64,000 nt of DNA, from contig NC_045696.1 of NCBI RefSeq assembly GCF_009834535.1, positions 62,746,001-62,810,000 on the forward strand, written 5' to 3'. Under the pieces are notes generated by a model that had not been told where the DNA came from, made no database searches, and saw nothing but the letters and a program-made list of their open reading frames with translations. The stretch comes from Camelus ferus. Its lineage: Eukaryota. The translations under genes and the position numbers were made by a program. Positions 23,307 to 36,417 of this stretch are shown here, in pieces (position 1 is the first letter of the stretch; every line of letters starts with the position of its first letter).

Positions 23307-25539
23307 CGCTCATCTCACGGTTCTTAGGAGGAGGAGCCGGAGCGGGGAAGTGAGGGGAGAGCAGGCTTAGCTGAGAGCGCCTTCCCGTGGAGGTGGACTC
23401 AAGCCGAGCCCCCCAGGAGGGCCGCGGAGGACAGGCAGCACTTCCTAATCAGAATGGCGTCGACAAATACCCTGCTGGCCTGTGCAGGGGAGGCCCTGAG
23501 CCTGCAGCCTCTGGTTCCTGCCCGTGTGGAAGAGCAGACAGCGTGAAGAGGGAAGGACTGACACCTGCACAGGCCCCATGGCCCCACGTGTCCTGAGAGA
23601 GGGGCTGCGGGAGAGGCGGGTCGCTCGGAGCTCAGCCCGTGGGACGTCTGCACCTGGGACGGTCCTCTAAGGAGGAGGGCATGAGGCTGGAAGGGCTTAG
23701 TTTGGTCATATTTCCCTGAGATCCCATGAGGCATCTGGCTGTGCACAAGGTATGGGGTTGGGTCACATCCTGTGTCACGGCCCTGTCATGTGTCTGGGCA
23801 GGGTAAGTGGCAGGAGGCCTGGCTGGGCCCCTGTCAGTCTATGTGCATGTGGGCAGGTGTCTTGGTCTTGGGCAAGGGGCCAGGCGGCTCCAAGGCAGAG
23901 GCCAGGCAGGGAGGGGAGTGTGGAGGACACGGGCCTCCCGGGCCGGGGGTCCAGGGGAGGCTGTAAGCAGGGTGCTGGTGGTGCTGGGTTCTGTGGGGGC
24001 CTGGCCCGGCTCTGCTGAGCGGGTTCATTCCTTTTCTCCTTTGCCTCCTTCCCAGCGTGTGGCCACAGCCCTGGTTGCTTCTTGCTTTTACTCAGACTGA
24101 GAACTGGTTGGGAACTGGGGCCTCCCCAGCAAGACGGCCCTGCAGGTTCCACATCGGGCAAAGCAGCTCAGGACCCACCCTCCACCTTGGTGGGACCAGG
24201 ATTAGTGGGATGAGGGCCCCTCAGGTGTGTCAGGGGGAGATAAGCGCCCAGTTTTTCTGGCTGTGTTTCCGGGGTCAGGACACTTCTTCCTCTGCCAGCA
24301 GTCAGGCAGTCTGAGCGGCCTTGGGGAGAAGGGCAGGGAGAGGGCGGCCAGGAGCCCTAACAGCCAGAGAGTTCCAGAAGAATGGCTCCAGGAGTGGCGT
24401 CCAGCGGACTGCTGTTGTTTGCAGAGGATTCTAATTACTCTCCGCAGGTAGTGGCTTGGGCTAGTGTCTAGTTTTGTTTTGTTTTGAATTCCACCCTTCA
24501 CATTCACTCATATCCCAGGTGGCTGTTCTGTTGAGCCCAGGCCCCAGCACTCCGCCCCAGAGAGAGCTGAGAAGTCACAGGCCCCGTGTTCCCTGGGGCC
24601 GGATTTCCTCTCTACAAAGCTCCTCCAGCTCCGGGAGCCCCAGGCATGGCTGGGTCGGCACCTAAGTAGAGTGCTGGCTGGGGAAAAAGGGGGGGTTGTT
24701 CCCATTCTTCACTGCCTTTAGAGGGAGCACCCCAGGCTCGGCAGAGATTCTGTGAACCATCTAGAAGGCATGGAGGAAAGACTTGAGCAGAACCAATCCA
24801 AGGAGGTGGCTGAGGGGTACACTGCCAGTTTGAAGGGGAAAACATCTCCCTAGGAAGTTGGCACGGTGCGGCAGGAAGCTCACCAGCCCTGGGCAGCGTG
24901 AGGGTGACAGCGGTCTGGAAGGATCAGGGGAGAGGCAGGTTTGCTCCCAGTTGTCTGGAGAGAAGTCAGCGTGTAAATGGGTCCCGCAGGCCAGCGCCTC
25001 ACAGCTGTCCCCTTCCCCATCCTTCCAGCCTGGTCCTGTGTCTGGAGAAATGCACAAAGGCAGGAGGAGCGAGCGTGGTGCTGGCCCTGAGGTGGTTATG
25101 AGTGACACAGAGCCACAGCACATCTGAGCTGGAAGGGTCTCCTTGTTGTACAGATGCGAGAGTGAGGCCCGGGCAGGGGGTGACCTGGCCGGTGTCCCTG
25201 TGCAAGTCAGTGATAATGGTTAAATAGCTGTTGCTGTTGATGCTGCACTCAAGACGGAGACCCGGGCACAGAGCTTCTACTGTCCTTCAGTCCCTCTACC
25301 CGGCTGGCCATCCTCGAGTCCTGTCATGTGCTGGCTGACTGTCTCCTGGACCCTCCACTTCTCTCCGTTCTCGACATCGCTTCATTCTCCCTGGGTTCCT
25401 GTGCAGCCTCCTGCCTTTCTTGCTCTCTTGCTGCTTCCAGCCCTGACTCCTCCAAGCTAACCCCTACCGCAGCCAGTGACCTTCCTCATACACCAGCCAC
25501 CTGACTTTAACCCTTTGTTCCCCTCAGCATCAAGGTCAA

Positions 25540-25945
25540 CCTCCCCGACCTTCCTCATAGGACCTTTCCTGGTCTGGCCCCTGCCCGCCGCCCATCTCAT
25601 CTCCAGCCGGGCTGGACCGCCCTCAGTTCCCCAGGCCAGGTGTACTCTCACTGCTCACCTCCACTCTGCACCTGTCTGACTCTTCAGTTCACATGCCAGT
25701 TTCTCCAGGAAGCCTTCCTTGAACCCCTCAAGACTGGGTGAAGAGCCTCTTTTAGGGTCCTAAAGCTCTCCATTGCTATGCCATTCTCTTAACCCAGAGT
25801 TATAATTGCCTGCTGGCTGGTCTGCATCCCCCCAGACACTAAGCTCCATAAGGGTAGGAATCATAGTTGTCTTTCTTGTTCAGCGTTGTCTCCCAGGGCC
25901 TAGAACGGTGTCCTGCACACAGGAGGTGTTCATTAAGTGCTTCTT
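25540..25945 (+). mobile_element. L2 LINE 3' end
   Basis: tctccaggaagccttcctt...agacactaagctccataagggtaggaa...tctcccagggcctagaacggtg...aggtgttcattaagtg. Confidence 0.75.
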
Positions 25946-25949
25946 CAGT

Positions 25950-26155
25950 TAGTAAGTGTGCCAGGCTCTCCCCTGGCACTCTGCATACCTTAACTGATTT
26001 AAGCTTCAAAGGGCCCTAAAAGAGATCTCATTCTTTCCTGCTTCCAGATGACTACACTCAGGGAGTTAAGTAACTGGCTGGAGGCCCGGCCTCTGGGAAG
26101 GGGCAGCCCTGAGACTGCAGTGCAGGCCTGACTCCGCAGCCCCTGCTCTGAATCC
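25950..26155 (-). mobile_element. MIR fragment
   Basis: tgtgccaggc...cagatgactacactcagggagttaagtaact...gcctgactcc. Confidence 0.5.
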
Positions 26156-28334
26156 CAGTGCTTATTGAATAGAACATCTCTGCTGGAGTCCCTGGCGTGT
26201 TTAGGGACTCAGAGGAGCCTCAGTCCCAGCAAGCAAGGCACAGGGAGCGGCTGAGATTCCAGGCCACCTTTGAGGAGTTGTTTGTTTTCTGAGCCAGACA
26301 GTTCCGATAACCCCCTGGAAATGGTGCTCCTTGATGCAGCCTAGCATGTCTGTGATCTGAGCTGGCCTGTCAGGAGAACAGATTGTTTTGTGGATTTTCT
26401 TCTTCTTTCTTTAAGAGAAAGAAAACATAAAAGACAGCACAGTGGAGTTCCAAGCGGTGAGGCCTCGGGGAACAAAGCGCCATCGGCTGCGTTGGGGCAG
26501 GGGCAGGCAGGCCCCGGACAGGTGTGCTCTAGACAGACGCCTTCTAATGCAGGCCCCAGGCAGCCCTCAGGTGAGGAGAGACTTAAAAAGTCGAGAACAG
26601 TCTTTCTGCACCTTGGGCCACCACAAAGTTGCAGGAGGCCGGGGCAGCACAGGAGGCAGAGCAAAGGAGCCACTGCCTCCGGGCCTGCCCCAGGGTGGAG
26701 GAGGAGGCTAGCCCTGCCTGCCATCCAGAACCTCTTTCCTGTGCTGAGCCCAGCTGTGCCATCACCACTGCTAAAGAGTGAGGTGTTGCATGGCCTGAGA
26801 GCATGAAGTAAACCCAGGCCAGCCACTGGTGAATGGTCAGAATGAGCCCAGGACAGGTGCGGTCTCCGTGTATCCGCCCTGGACTCTGCCAGGTTGTCAC
26901 CATACACAGACTGGAGCTCATAAACGCCCACTGCAGCCCACAGGTAGGGCAGGGCTCTCGGGGTATGAGGGGCACACACAGATAAATGCCAGCCCCCTTT
27001 CTGTGTGACTTCACTGCAGGGATAAGATGGGATCCTGACACTGGTCCCAAGTCACATCCCCTGCAGAGAGGATGGAAAGGGGTGGAGCCATGGGGCAAAC
27101 TCAGATAGCCTCTCTCCAAAGTACACACCCTTCTCTGAACCATCTTGCAGGGGCCCTGCTAAGCCTCCTTGTGTCCTTAGCTTGAACTTTCAAATGACAA
27201 TAGTTTCTTCTCCTGCTTGACCTCACCCAGGAGGATTTAGAGTGCTTGAATAATGTAGGTCCCATGGGGATGGCCCTTTGCTTTAGAGGTTATGTCCACA
27301 TGAAGACATTGTGGCCACACAGATGAAGCACGGACTCTGGAGGTTTTCGGTGTTTTGAGAGTGACTGCCTCTGTAGCCTCCCTTTCCTACCCTGAGCTCC
27401 TACGGCTGGCAGGATGCCCGTTTGGGACATTGCCAGAGAGCCTTCCCTGCCAAGAGCCACGGTGAGCCACCTCCAGGTTCGTGACTGGTTGTCCCATCCA
27501 AAGTGGACCCTGCAGGACAGGGGTCTCGTGTCCTTAGTGCTCCTGCGGGAGATCCCTGTGGTTTGGCTACAAAGGATGGGGGGACGATGGGGTCCTGGGA
27601 TGGTGTGCAGGGGTGGGAGTTTTGCAGAGAGCACCTTTGGGTAGTTAAACTCACTAGAAGATGACAAGTAAAAAAACAGGGACCGCAGGCTGACCTCAGT
27701 ATTTTAGGGAAAGAACTGGATGTACTATGACCCTAAAAAAGAGTGTGGTTTTCCTTAGTCAGAATCCGGAAAGCATGAGGCAAAAGCTGAGGCTGCCATT
27801 GTGCTGGTGTGGGAAGGGTCACCGGCAGCTTTGTGGTGCCTGGGCATGTGAGCACTTCTGTCCCAGCTGGGCGACCTTGTGCGAGTCACTTCCAGTCTCT
27901 GTGTTCCCTGGTGATATCTATAGGTTTTTTCAGCTATTGGATTTTATGGCTAGGACCATGCTGGAAACAGGCTTCCTGCCTTCGAGCGCTCCTGGCGCCG
28001 GGGGCTCGCTGGCTCACTCCTGCTGTCCTCTTGCCCTTACACACAGCCTGCTTCATGGTTGGAATTATCCTGAAGTCCGGGTCCCCGCCCCCAGTCTTGG
28101 TGTGTGGAATCCCCCTATCCTATCTTCTGCTCCACCAACCAGATCTGCCCTGAGAACCAAAGCACTTTGAGAATCTGTTCTCTGAGGCCTTGCTCACTCT
28201 AACTTTGATCTTGGTGAGAGCACAGGACATGAGAGCCCACCCCATAGGCTCCACACAGTCATGGGCCCCTCCGGGAGCTCAGTGCTAAGCACTTCCTCCT
28301 GCCCCTGCAACTGCACCTCTGGGCTGAGCCTCTT

Positions 28335-28485
28335 GGGAGGGCTGTGTGACCACAAGCACATTACTTAACCTCTCAGAGCCTTCATTTCCTTATCTATAAA
28401 GTAGAAATAGTGCTAACCATAGATACTGTTGTGAGGAATTGAGAGAATGTGTGTAAAGCTGAGTAAGGGCCGCAGTGAGTGGCAG
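28335..28485 (+). mobile_element. MIR fragment
   Basis: gctgtgtgacc...ttacttaacctctcagagccttcatttccttatctataaa...gttgtgaggaatt. Confidence 0.75.
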
Positions 28486-29649
28486 CAACTCCTCTCCTCC
28501 TCCTCATTTTGGGTACAGTGCTTGGTCCATACTAGGCTTCAAGCAGGTGTTTACTGATGACTTAGGGATCTGGATGATCCTGACTTCTGAGGAGGTGATG
28601 AGGAGAGAGATTCTGATGCAGGGGAGACCCGGGGGAGAGGCCCCAGGGGTCATCTTGGTGGAGCAGAGATCAGAACTGAGCTTCTTGGCCAACTCGCTGG
28701 CTGTGTAGGGCTGAGGCCTGGTGTCTGTGACCCACAGGAGGAAGCTGGCAGCAGCTCACATGTGTATGCGCCAGGGAGGGGGTGTGGCTGAGGGTGGGTT
28801 CAGAGGGGTCCCTCACTTTCCTGCTTTGACCCCCACTCCCACAGGGGTTCCATGTTTTTATGCTGAGATAACCGAGGGAAGGGAGTTCTGGGGAGACGAG
28901 GAATTTTCCCGTGCAACTGCTGAGACAGTGCACCAGCAGGAGAGGGGAAGCTGGGCAGGTTTCAGCCACATCTGGTGAAGCCACCAGGAAGGGAGGGAGA
29001 GAGGCAAAAAGCTGGAAACAGTCCACTTCTGTTTCCTAAAACCTGTATCTGTGAGCCCACGAAGGACAAAAGTAAAAGGATCAGCAGAAACAAACAAATA
29101 CAGTGACTGCCCTGTGTGCTGCCTCTCTACGCCCAGCCCCCCACAGCACGTTGCTGGGGGCTCATAACCGGGAAGCATCCAGGTGCCAACACTGGGCCAA
29201 TGGTGGGGCTTCTCTGGAATGTGGACGTGGGTTTTGAAACAAAAGCAACAACAAAAAATCCATGTTGTACTCCCACACTGGTACTGCATTTAAAGAGAGA
29301 TCGATGACTGGAGTTTGGTGCCTATTACAGTCCCTTGAACTTCGCCCCCAAAATTTCACGGATGGTAGGTCGTAGTTCTGGTGGGGAGCCACAGACTCAG
29401 AAAAGGATCCTAGACCTGATGAATCCCCTTGGGTAGACGCAGGAATTGAGGCCCCGGGAGGGAAGTGACTTGCCCGAGGTCGCCCTGCTCGGGGGTTGGA
29501 GCCACGTGAAGCAGGTTTCGGGCCCCTGCGCGTACAGATGAGGCAGAGGAAGCGTGTGTTTGCTGCCAAGATTCCACACTGCTTCTCGCTGAACGTGATG
29601 CGTGTCCTTGGCTTCCATCACCTCTGACCGGACTGAGCGTTGTACCTGC

Positions 29650-29792
29650 GTTCTCTCATAAAATCCCCTCAACAACCCTGTTTCCATAAGGAAGTCTGCG
29701 GCACAGAGAGCTTTTGTGCCTTGTCCAGGGTGGTAGCAGATGACCAGGATTTGAACACAGACTGTCCGCCCCAGAACCTGCATTCTCAACCC
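29650..29792 (-). mobile_element. MIR fragment
   Basis: aatcccctcaacaaccctg...aggaagtctgcggcacagagag...ccaggatttgaacacagact. Confidence 0.6.
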
Positions 29793-30117
29793 CACGGTGC
29801 ACCAGAACATTTTTTCAGTCAGTGGACAGCTAATACACACCCGCCTCCCCCTCCACCCCAGGCTGACTGCTGATTTCTGGGGATGGAAGCAGGCTGAGAT
29901 GGGCCCTCTCCTGGCACCGTAAGTGCCCTGCTTCCAGGAAGCATTTCCCGGGCAGCCCCCCGAGGGCTGTGACAAAGTGATAAGGCCCGGCAAGTATTAG
30001 CATAACATTTACAAGTGGCCATGCTACTCATTTCACGGCCATTTTCAGGATAAAATGATATCACTGCTACTCATGTGGTTTTCATTTCTTTATAAAATTA
30101 TTAAAAATACCCCACTT

Positions 30118-30254
30118 TTCTTCTGAGTGTGATCCTGGGGCCAGCAGCATCAGCATCACCTGGGAACTTGTCAGAAATGCAGCATCTGAGTGGGAACCTG
30201 CATTTTAACCAGACCCCAGGTGAGTCCCGGCATAGTGACATCTAAGCAGTGCTG
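30118..30254 (+). mobile_element. MER5A-like MITE
   Basis: ccagcagcatcagcatcacctgggaacttgtcagaaatgcag...ctgcattttaaccagaccccaggtga. Confidence 0.8.
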
Positions 30255-31106
30255 CTGCCCGGGACAGGCTCCTGCAAGGCAGGGCCTGCATCTGGCCTGT
30301 CGCCGTCCGCCTCCACAGTGCCTTGTGCCTGACAGGTGGGAGACCCCCAGTATTTATGTCAATGTGCCGATCGGTAGTTTTACCCTTGACCAAAACCTAG
30401 GCCACGAACTTGTAGGACAGCAGGGGCAAAGGTAGAGCTCAGCTTAGATGAAGTGGGCGGGCTCACAGATTGCTTCTAGGCTTGAGAAGTAACATACTTA
30501 CTGGTAGCTCGGTGGCCTTTGTGCCTGGGTCAGCCACAGCAGGGTGAAGGGTGCCGGGCTAGATTGACTGATCTCAATTCCGGACACAAGGTTAAATTCC
30601 ACATGTGCCCCTCCCCATCACCCTTACCACATACGCCTCTGTTCTGCTCACTGTCCCAGAAAACACCCCAGCTTGTGTCCTGGGTACTTCTCTCCTGTGT
30701 CCCCTAGTGCCGTGGGAGGAGCAGTGAGCCAATTCTGAAGGTGACTCTGGCTTTGTCTTTACCCTGAAGAAAGTCCCTCCCTCAGCCTAACTCCAGGGAA
30801 AGGGCAGGATCTTGGAGCTGAGCTGAGGCCCCCTGCATATGGCCCTCACCAGCCCAGCCTGCTGGCTGCAGGCCCTGCGGTCTCCTGCTTGGGCCCCAAG
30901 GCTCCCACCAGATTTAAGCTGCTCCCGAGCGGTGATGTACAAGCCCTGCTGCTTGGAGGCCACGGGCTCCTCCAGGGCCAGCACTGGGAAGGGCATTGTC
31001 CACAGAGCTGTGGGCACTGCTGAATCAGGTTCCCAGCTGGGGCTCTTCATGGCTAACTTTTGTCATACCAGCATCTCATCACAGGTGTGGATTCCTTAGC
31101 TCGTGG

Positions 31107-31752
31107 TGATACAGGAAAAAAAATGGGTACAAGATGATGGCCATGTCCCAGATCTTGGTCAGGTCCCTGGGACGCACCCTGCCAAGTGAGGGTCTTGGCT
31201 TTGCGCAGGAAGAAATTCAAGAGCGAGCCATAGTTGAGTAAAAGGAGATTTATTCAGAGAGATGCACACCCCATAGACCGAGTATAGGCCATCTCAGAAG
31301 GCCAGAGAGGCCACGAGGTGGGGTGGGGGGCTGTTAGAGTGAAAACAGATACACACTCCTTAGACAGAGTGTGGGCTGTCTCAGAAGGCAAGAGAGACAG
31401 TGACCACAAGGTGTGAGGTTGTTAGGTTCTATGGGCTCAGGAATTTCATATGCTAATGAGTAGGAGGATTATTCCAACTACTTCAGGGAAGGGGTGGGGA
31501 TTCCCAGGAACTGGGCCACCGCCCTTTTTTTGACCTTTCACGGTCAGCCTCAAAGTGTCTTGGCACCTGTGGGAGTGTCATTAACCATGCTAGTACATTG
31601 AAATGTGTATAATGAAGCTCAAGGTCCACTGGAGGTTGAATCTCCCGCCATCTTGGACCTCAGGGTCTATGGGAGTTTACTTTTCCACCATCTTGGGCTC
31701 GTTGCTGTCACTCCTTTAATGGCTGTGCCCTACCCCCTTCCTTCCTGTCTCA
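31107..31752 (-). mobile_element. Solo ERV1 LTR, MER41-like
   Basis: TG...CA ends with inverted termini TGATACAGGAA / TTCCTGTCTCA. On the minus strand, AATAAA is followed by ...tatggctcgctcttgaatttcttcctgcgcaaagccaagaccct, as in the MER41 3' end. Internal ~50-bp direct repeats at about 31255-31309 and 31347-31396. TSD is imperfect. Confidence 0.8.
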
Positions 31753-31894
31753 AGGGGACCAACTTTTCTCTCTCCTCTTCTCCATCCTCATCCTGAGGGG
31801 GACCTGGCTCCCTCCAGTGAAGACCCCTCATGGCTCCAGCCCACAGGGCCCAGGGCACACCCTCCCCCAACTACCTTTTGAACTGTTGTTCCAC

Positions 31895-32185
31895 TGCCTT
31901 CATTCAACATTCTCCACTTTTAAATTTCCACCATTTGCTTTTACAGTTTCTTATTCCTTTGTTCATTGATTCTTTAATCCATTTATGCAAACATTCATTT
32001 GAAACGTAACAGTTCTCAGCAGACTGCTGTGAATCAAATGCCCACACCAGGCTCTCAAGACATAAAAATGAGTAAGATGCTTTCCGGTTATCACTCCTGG
32101 GCTCCCTGACTGCACTCACGCCCTCAGCGCTCAGGCAGATTCTTTCATTCATCTTTCATTGATTCCTTACTGCGTTTCCCAGGTG
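31895..32185 (-). mobile_element. L2 3' end fragments
   Basis: ttcattcaaca, tcattgattc...aaacattcatttga and ttcattcatctttcatt are L2 tail microsatellite remnants. Confidence 0.5.
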
Positions 32186-32414
32186 CCCTCATAAACGATT
32201 CCTCTTTCTCAAGGCCTTCTTTGCACCCCAGCCCCTCTGTTTCCCTGGATGACTTCACCTCGTACCTTCCCAAGATTTTGAGTTCACCAAAAATGAGCTT
32301 TCCCAATATCCCTAACTCCCCACTCAGAGCTGTCCCTTACTTCTGTCCCTCCTCCAGTCTCAGATGCGTCCCAGGATTTCCCTCTTCTTGGCAGACCCTC
32401 CTGCCTGGACGCCT

Positions 32415-32580
32415 CTGACCTTGGGCATATGTTTTATATCTTCCTATTAAATGGAGATTTGAGTCCTTACCTCATTTGTTTATTAAAACATTAAACAAGT
32501 TTCATACATTTGAGGACTTAAAACAAGGCCTGGCACATAGTAAGCACTCACTAAATATTAGCCATTGTCATGATTATCAT
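32415..32580 (+). mobile_element. MIR fragment
   Basis: tgaccttgggca...cttaaaacaaggcctggcacatagtaagcactcactaaatattagc. Confidence 0.75.
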
Positions 32581-34714
32581 TCCTCAGAGTGCCACCCTGC
32601 CGTTCACTCTGTGCGTCTTTTCTCTTCATTCTGGCCTCCACACCCCTTTCCCTTGGCGTGTGGACACACTCAGCTTCCCTCTGAGCAAATATTTTTCCCT
32701 CTGCCCTTTCTTTGCTGCCGGTGCACCTGCCTTCTCTGCCTCTGTCCCAGGGCAGGAGTCCCACCTCTTAGTCTCCATCACTCACTGCTCAATGGTCTCG
32801 GGTACCTCCTGCAGCATTTTTGAGTCTTCATCCCCAACCGTTTTCAACACTGTTACATTCCAGGCATGTGGCGAGCTGCTGGGGGCAGCTTAGGCTGGGT
32901 GGGGAGCCAGGGGAGATTGATAGCCTAGAGAATAGGAGAGGTGGGCCCCGGAGACTCCCAAGGGGCCGACGGGCAGGTTCCCTGGGGGTGAGGGCAGGGT
33001 GCAGGGGTCTGAGGGCATCTATGTCGGCTCCCTGTCCCTGGAGCAGAACGCCTTGTGGTGGCAAGGTGCACGGAGGGGAGCTGAGTCGGTAGCTCAAGTG
33101 GGGCTTGCAGAAAACCCTGAGGCCGAGGTGAGGCCGTCACCACGGCCATTGAAATTATTGAGGGTACCTTAGGAATGGAGCAGAGAAGATGGCTTAGGTG
33201 GTGGGCAGAGGTGATGAGCAAGGAGGTGAGGAGGCAGCTAGACTGCTGGTGGAGGCTGCGGTGGAGGAGGGAGGACAGCTCTGGAAGGGTGTGCAGCGGG
33301 GAGGCAGGGGCATCCCTGGGGTTTGGGGCAGTGGCATTGGGATTGGTCTCTGCCTGGGGAGGGACCGAGGTGTCATTCTGTCCAGATCAGTGTTTGCTTG
33401 AATGGGAGGCAGAGAATGGTCAGCTGGTATCAGTAAGAGGGTTTGGAGGGCAACATCTGGGGAGAGAAGGTCTGGACGCCACTGGATTGGATGGGGATGA
33501 GGGGGTAGGGGAGGAAGGCTGGGGCACTTTGGGCACCTGGGTCACAGGGCTGGGGGACAAGGGGTTTGCATGGGCACAATGGGCCTGCAGGTCGGGCTGG
33601 AGGTCCGCATGGCTCCTCAGGGGTTCCCACAGCAGACAGAGCATCCTACATCTTTCCTTGTGCCTCTTCTTCCATTCCCTAAGTGTCAGAACCCTCTAGA
33701 ATTTCATCCTGCCTGCTTTGCCTGTGACCTGTATCCAGCCACCTGCAGAACTTTTCCATGTCACTCTTTTCTCTGGCATCTATTCAAGATTGAATGGGTC
33801 ACTCCCCTCTTCCTCCTCCCAGCCTTGCCAAACTGTTAGTGGCTCCACCATCCCTGTAGTAACCTAGACTTGAAGCCGCTCAGAGCTCCATCTGCCTGGT
33901 TGAACCTTGCAATGCCTCTTCCCCCATCACCTCTGTCCCTTGTCACTCCCCCAGTTCCCCTCCATGCAGCCCTCCAGGGCCTCGCCCAGTTTAGGCATGG
34001 CCTGCTCCAGAGCTGTTTGTCAGATTGAGTGACAAGGAATTCCCTGCCTCACCCGTCTGTTCCCAGCTCCAAGGCAGCAGGTGTGGGAGGCAGCCCACGA
34101 GGCTGGGATGTCAGACAGGCCAAGGAATGATGGGAGAGGCAGAAAAGAGGACAGATGCTTCAGAGAAGGGCATCCCACCGCCTCCTGAGGGCGTGGGGAG
34201 CAGCCTCTAGGCCTTGACAGTGCCCGGATGCAGGGATGTTCATGCTACATGATTTCAATGCTCTGCCTGGTTTGAGAGAGTCCCACACAGGTGGATGGGT
34301 TATAGCTGGTGCCGCTCTAGGAATGAGACAGTTGACGTGGGTCATCTTCATCATTGTAGACTCTAAAGCAGGAAGCAAAGTCAAACAGAAACCTGTAGAT
34401 GGCTGGTGGGTGGATGAGGGCTGGTCCCTGGGAGACCACCACACCCTGAGAAGAGCCTGGGCAGGGAGGGGGTCTGCCTTCTGGGAATGGGCACCCACAG
34501 TGACAGTCAGGGCCCCTCTAAAGGGCCTGGCGCTGGGCAGGTTTGTGCCTGCATTTGCTCCTAGAGTCCACTATGGCCCTCGGGGGAGTCTCATCCCCAC
34601 ATCCTTGCTGAACAAGCCAAGGCCCTGAGAGGCCCAGGACTCACACAGCTGGTCCTTAGCCTAGGTCTCCGGGTTCCAGGTGCAGCGCCCCTCTCACAGC
34701 CTCATACACTGTTG

Positions 34715-34845
34715 GTGTATTGACATCCGGGTCTTGGCCCCCCTGCACTATCAGTTTCCTGAGGGCAGGGATGTTCTACTCACCTCCGTATCAGCTGGGT
34801 CTAGTCCGTGCTCCGCTAAATATGTGAGAGATCGCTGATTGATTC
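34715..34845 (+). mobile_element. L2 3' end fragment
   Basis: cactatcagtttcctgagggcagggatg...ctcacctccgtatc...gctccgctaaatatgtg. Confidence 0.5.
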
Positions 34846-36029
34846 TTCCCGTAGTTCAGTGTGCTCTCTGGCGTCCCTGCACGTCTCACAAAGACACGGC
34901 AGAAGGGACTTCGGGGCCTCTCTCTGCTGGCTGACAGTGGTGATGAGTAGCCCCTGTCAGTTCTACCACTGATAACCCTTGTGACTTTGGGAACATTTCT
35001 CACCCTCTCTGAGTTAGAGACCTGCCTGCTTTGGGTCTTGCTAGCAAGAGATCCTAACAAGGCTCAGTTGTGACTCTTGGCAGTAAGAAATACCCTGGGG
35101 AAATGGGCCATTTAAAGCTTTGGCGGCGGGGGGACAATTCCAGGCGGTCCGTGTCCTCTGCAGTTTGATACCACAGGGCACTGTCCCCTAGACAACTTCA
35201 GGGTCAGCGCCCGTCCCACAGAACTTCGGCCTCAGCCCGAAGCAGGACCGAGACACAGTGCCACTGCCCTGAGTCAGCCCCACATCTCCCACAGCTGGCC
35301 CCTGGTGGCCGCAAGGCGGGGCTGGATGGAACACTGGGCTGCTCCCACCATGGCTCTTCGCTCCTGGCCTTTCCTCACAGAGGACTAGAAAACAGGGTCC
35401 TCTCCAAGTCAAACAATAGCTGATTGGGCCTGGCACACAGCACGGGCATAAGGGAAGTGGCGTTTCCTGATTCCGGCCTCTGCTGATTAGACAGCCTCCA
35501 GTTCCTCCAGGTGGAGGCCGGCCTTGCTGGCTTCTTAGTGACTCTGCCCTCAGCTTGAGGAATGGCGACATGTGGTCCCTGTGAATCCAGATCTATGATG
35601 GAGCCTTTTTGGCCTGAGAGCTTGAACTCAGCCTGAGTTGGCTGGCACAGGCTTCTAGAACCTTCCTGGGAGGGGTGTTGTGAAGACTGCCTGGGCCCAG
35701 TGTGTGTTCTCATCCTTGCTTCTCCTCTTGGAAGTAAAGTGGAAAACTCTGAGCCCAAGGAGCTGAGAAAGACCAACCCAGGAGAAAAAACTCATGAGGA
35801 AATAAGGAGGCAGAAGGGTCTGTGATTTGGGTGTAGGCTCGTTGGTGGGGCAGGGAGAGGGACAGTTCATGGCAACACGGGTTCTCCCCTGGAGAAGTGA
35901 GCTCGCTGTTCTCTGGTCAGGGTCTGTGGTTGAGAGTCTTGGCGGAGTGACCTTGGCAATGATCATCAGGGGAAAGACCTGAGAGAGGAGATGGCTTTGC
36001 TTTTCAAAATTACTTCAACTACCCCCTTC

Positions 36030-36228
36030 CATCATTTTCGTATTCTTCTTCATTATAGGTTACTACAGCTATTGAATATAGTTCCCTGTGCTATACAGTA
36101 TGAACTTGCTGTTGATCTGTTTTATGTATGGTAGGTAGTTATCTGCAAATCTCGAACTCCCAATTTATCTCTTCCCACCCACTTTCCCCACCCTGGTAAC
36201 CATTAGTTTGTTTTCTATGTCTGTATTT
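36030..36228 (-). mobile_element. L1 3'UTR fragment
   Basis: cattataggttactacagctattgaatatagttccctgtgctatacagta...ggtaaccattagtttgttttctatgtctg, same family as 38434-39107. Confidence 0.85.
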
Positions 36229-36292
36229 CACTACTTTTTAATAGTCTTTTTATGACGATTAATTAAGACATACTTGATATAAAAAATTTAGA

Positions 36293-36417
36293 GGGGGGAG
36301 GGTATAACTTAAGCGTTAGAGCGCATTCCTAGCATGCACAAGGGCCTGGGTTCAATCCCCAGTACTGCCTCTAAAAATAAACAAACTACCTCCTCCCCCT
36401 CCCCAAAAAAGAAGTTA
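36293..36417 (+). mobile_element. tRNA-Ala-derived SINE (camelid Vic-1 type)
   Basis: ggggggagggtataacttaagcgttagagcgcattcctagcatgcacaagggcctgggttcaatcccc contains degenerate A/B boxes and a tRNA-Ala-like body. A-rich tail. TSD aaaaaatttaga (36281-36292) / aaaaaaattaga (36418-36429). Confidence 0.85.

Noticed and set aside
26341..26979. 212-aa and overlapping ORFs
   Set aside because: GC-rich intronic chance ORFs open in several frames with no homology.
29397..29993. 198-aa minus-strand ORF
   Set aside because: Runs through MIR fragments and has no protein-like features.
36293..36372. Functional tRNA-Ala gene
   Set aside because: Degenerate stems, SINE tail and TSD indicate a SINE.
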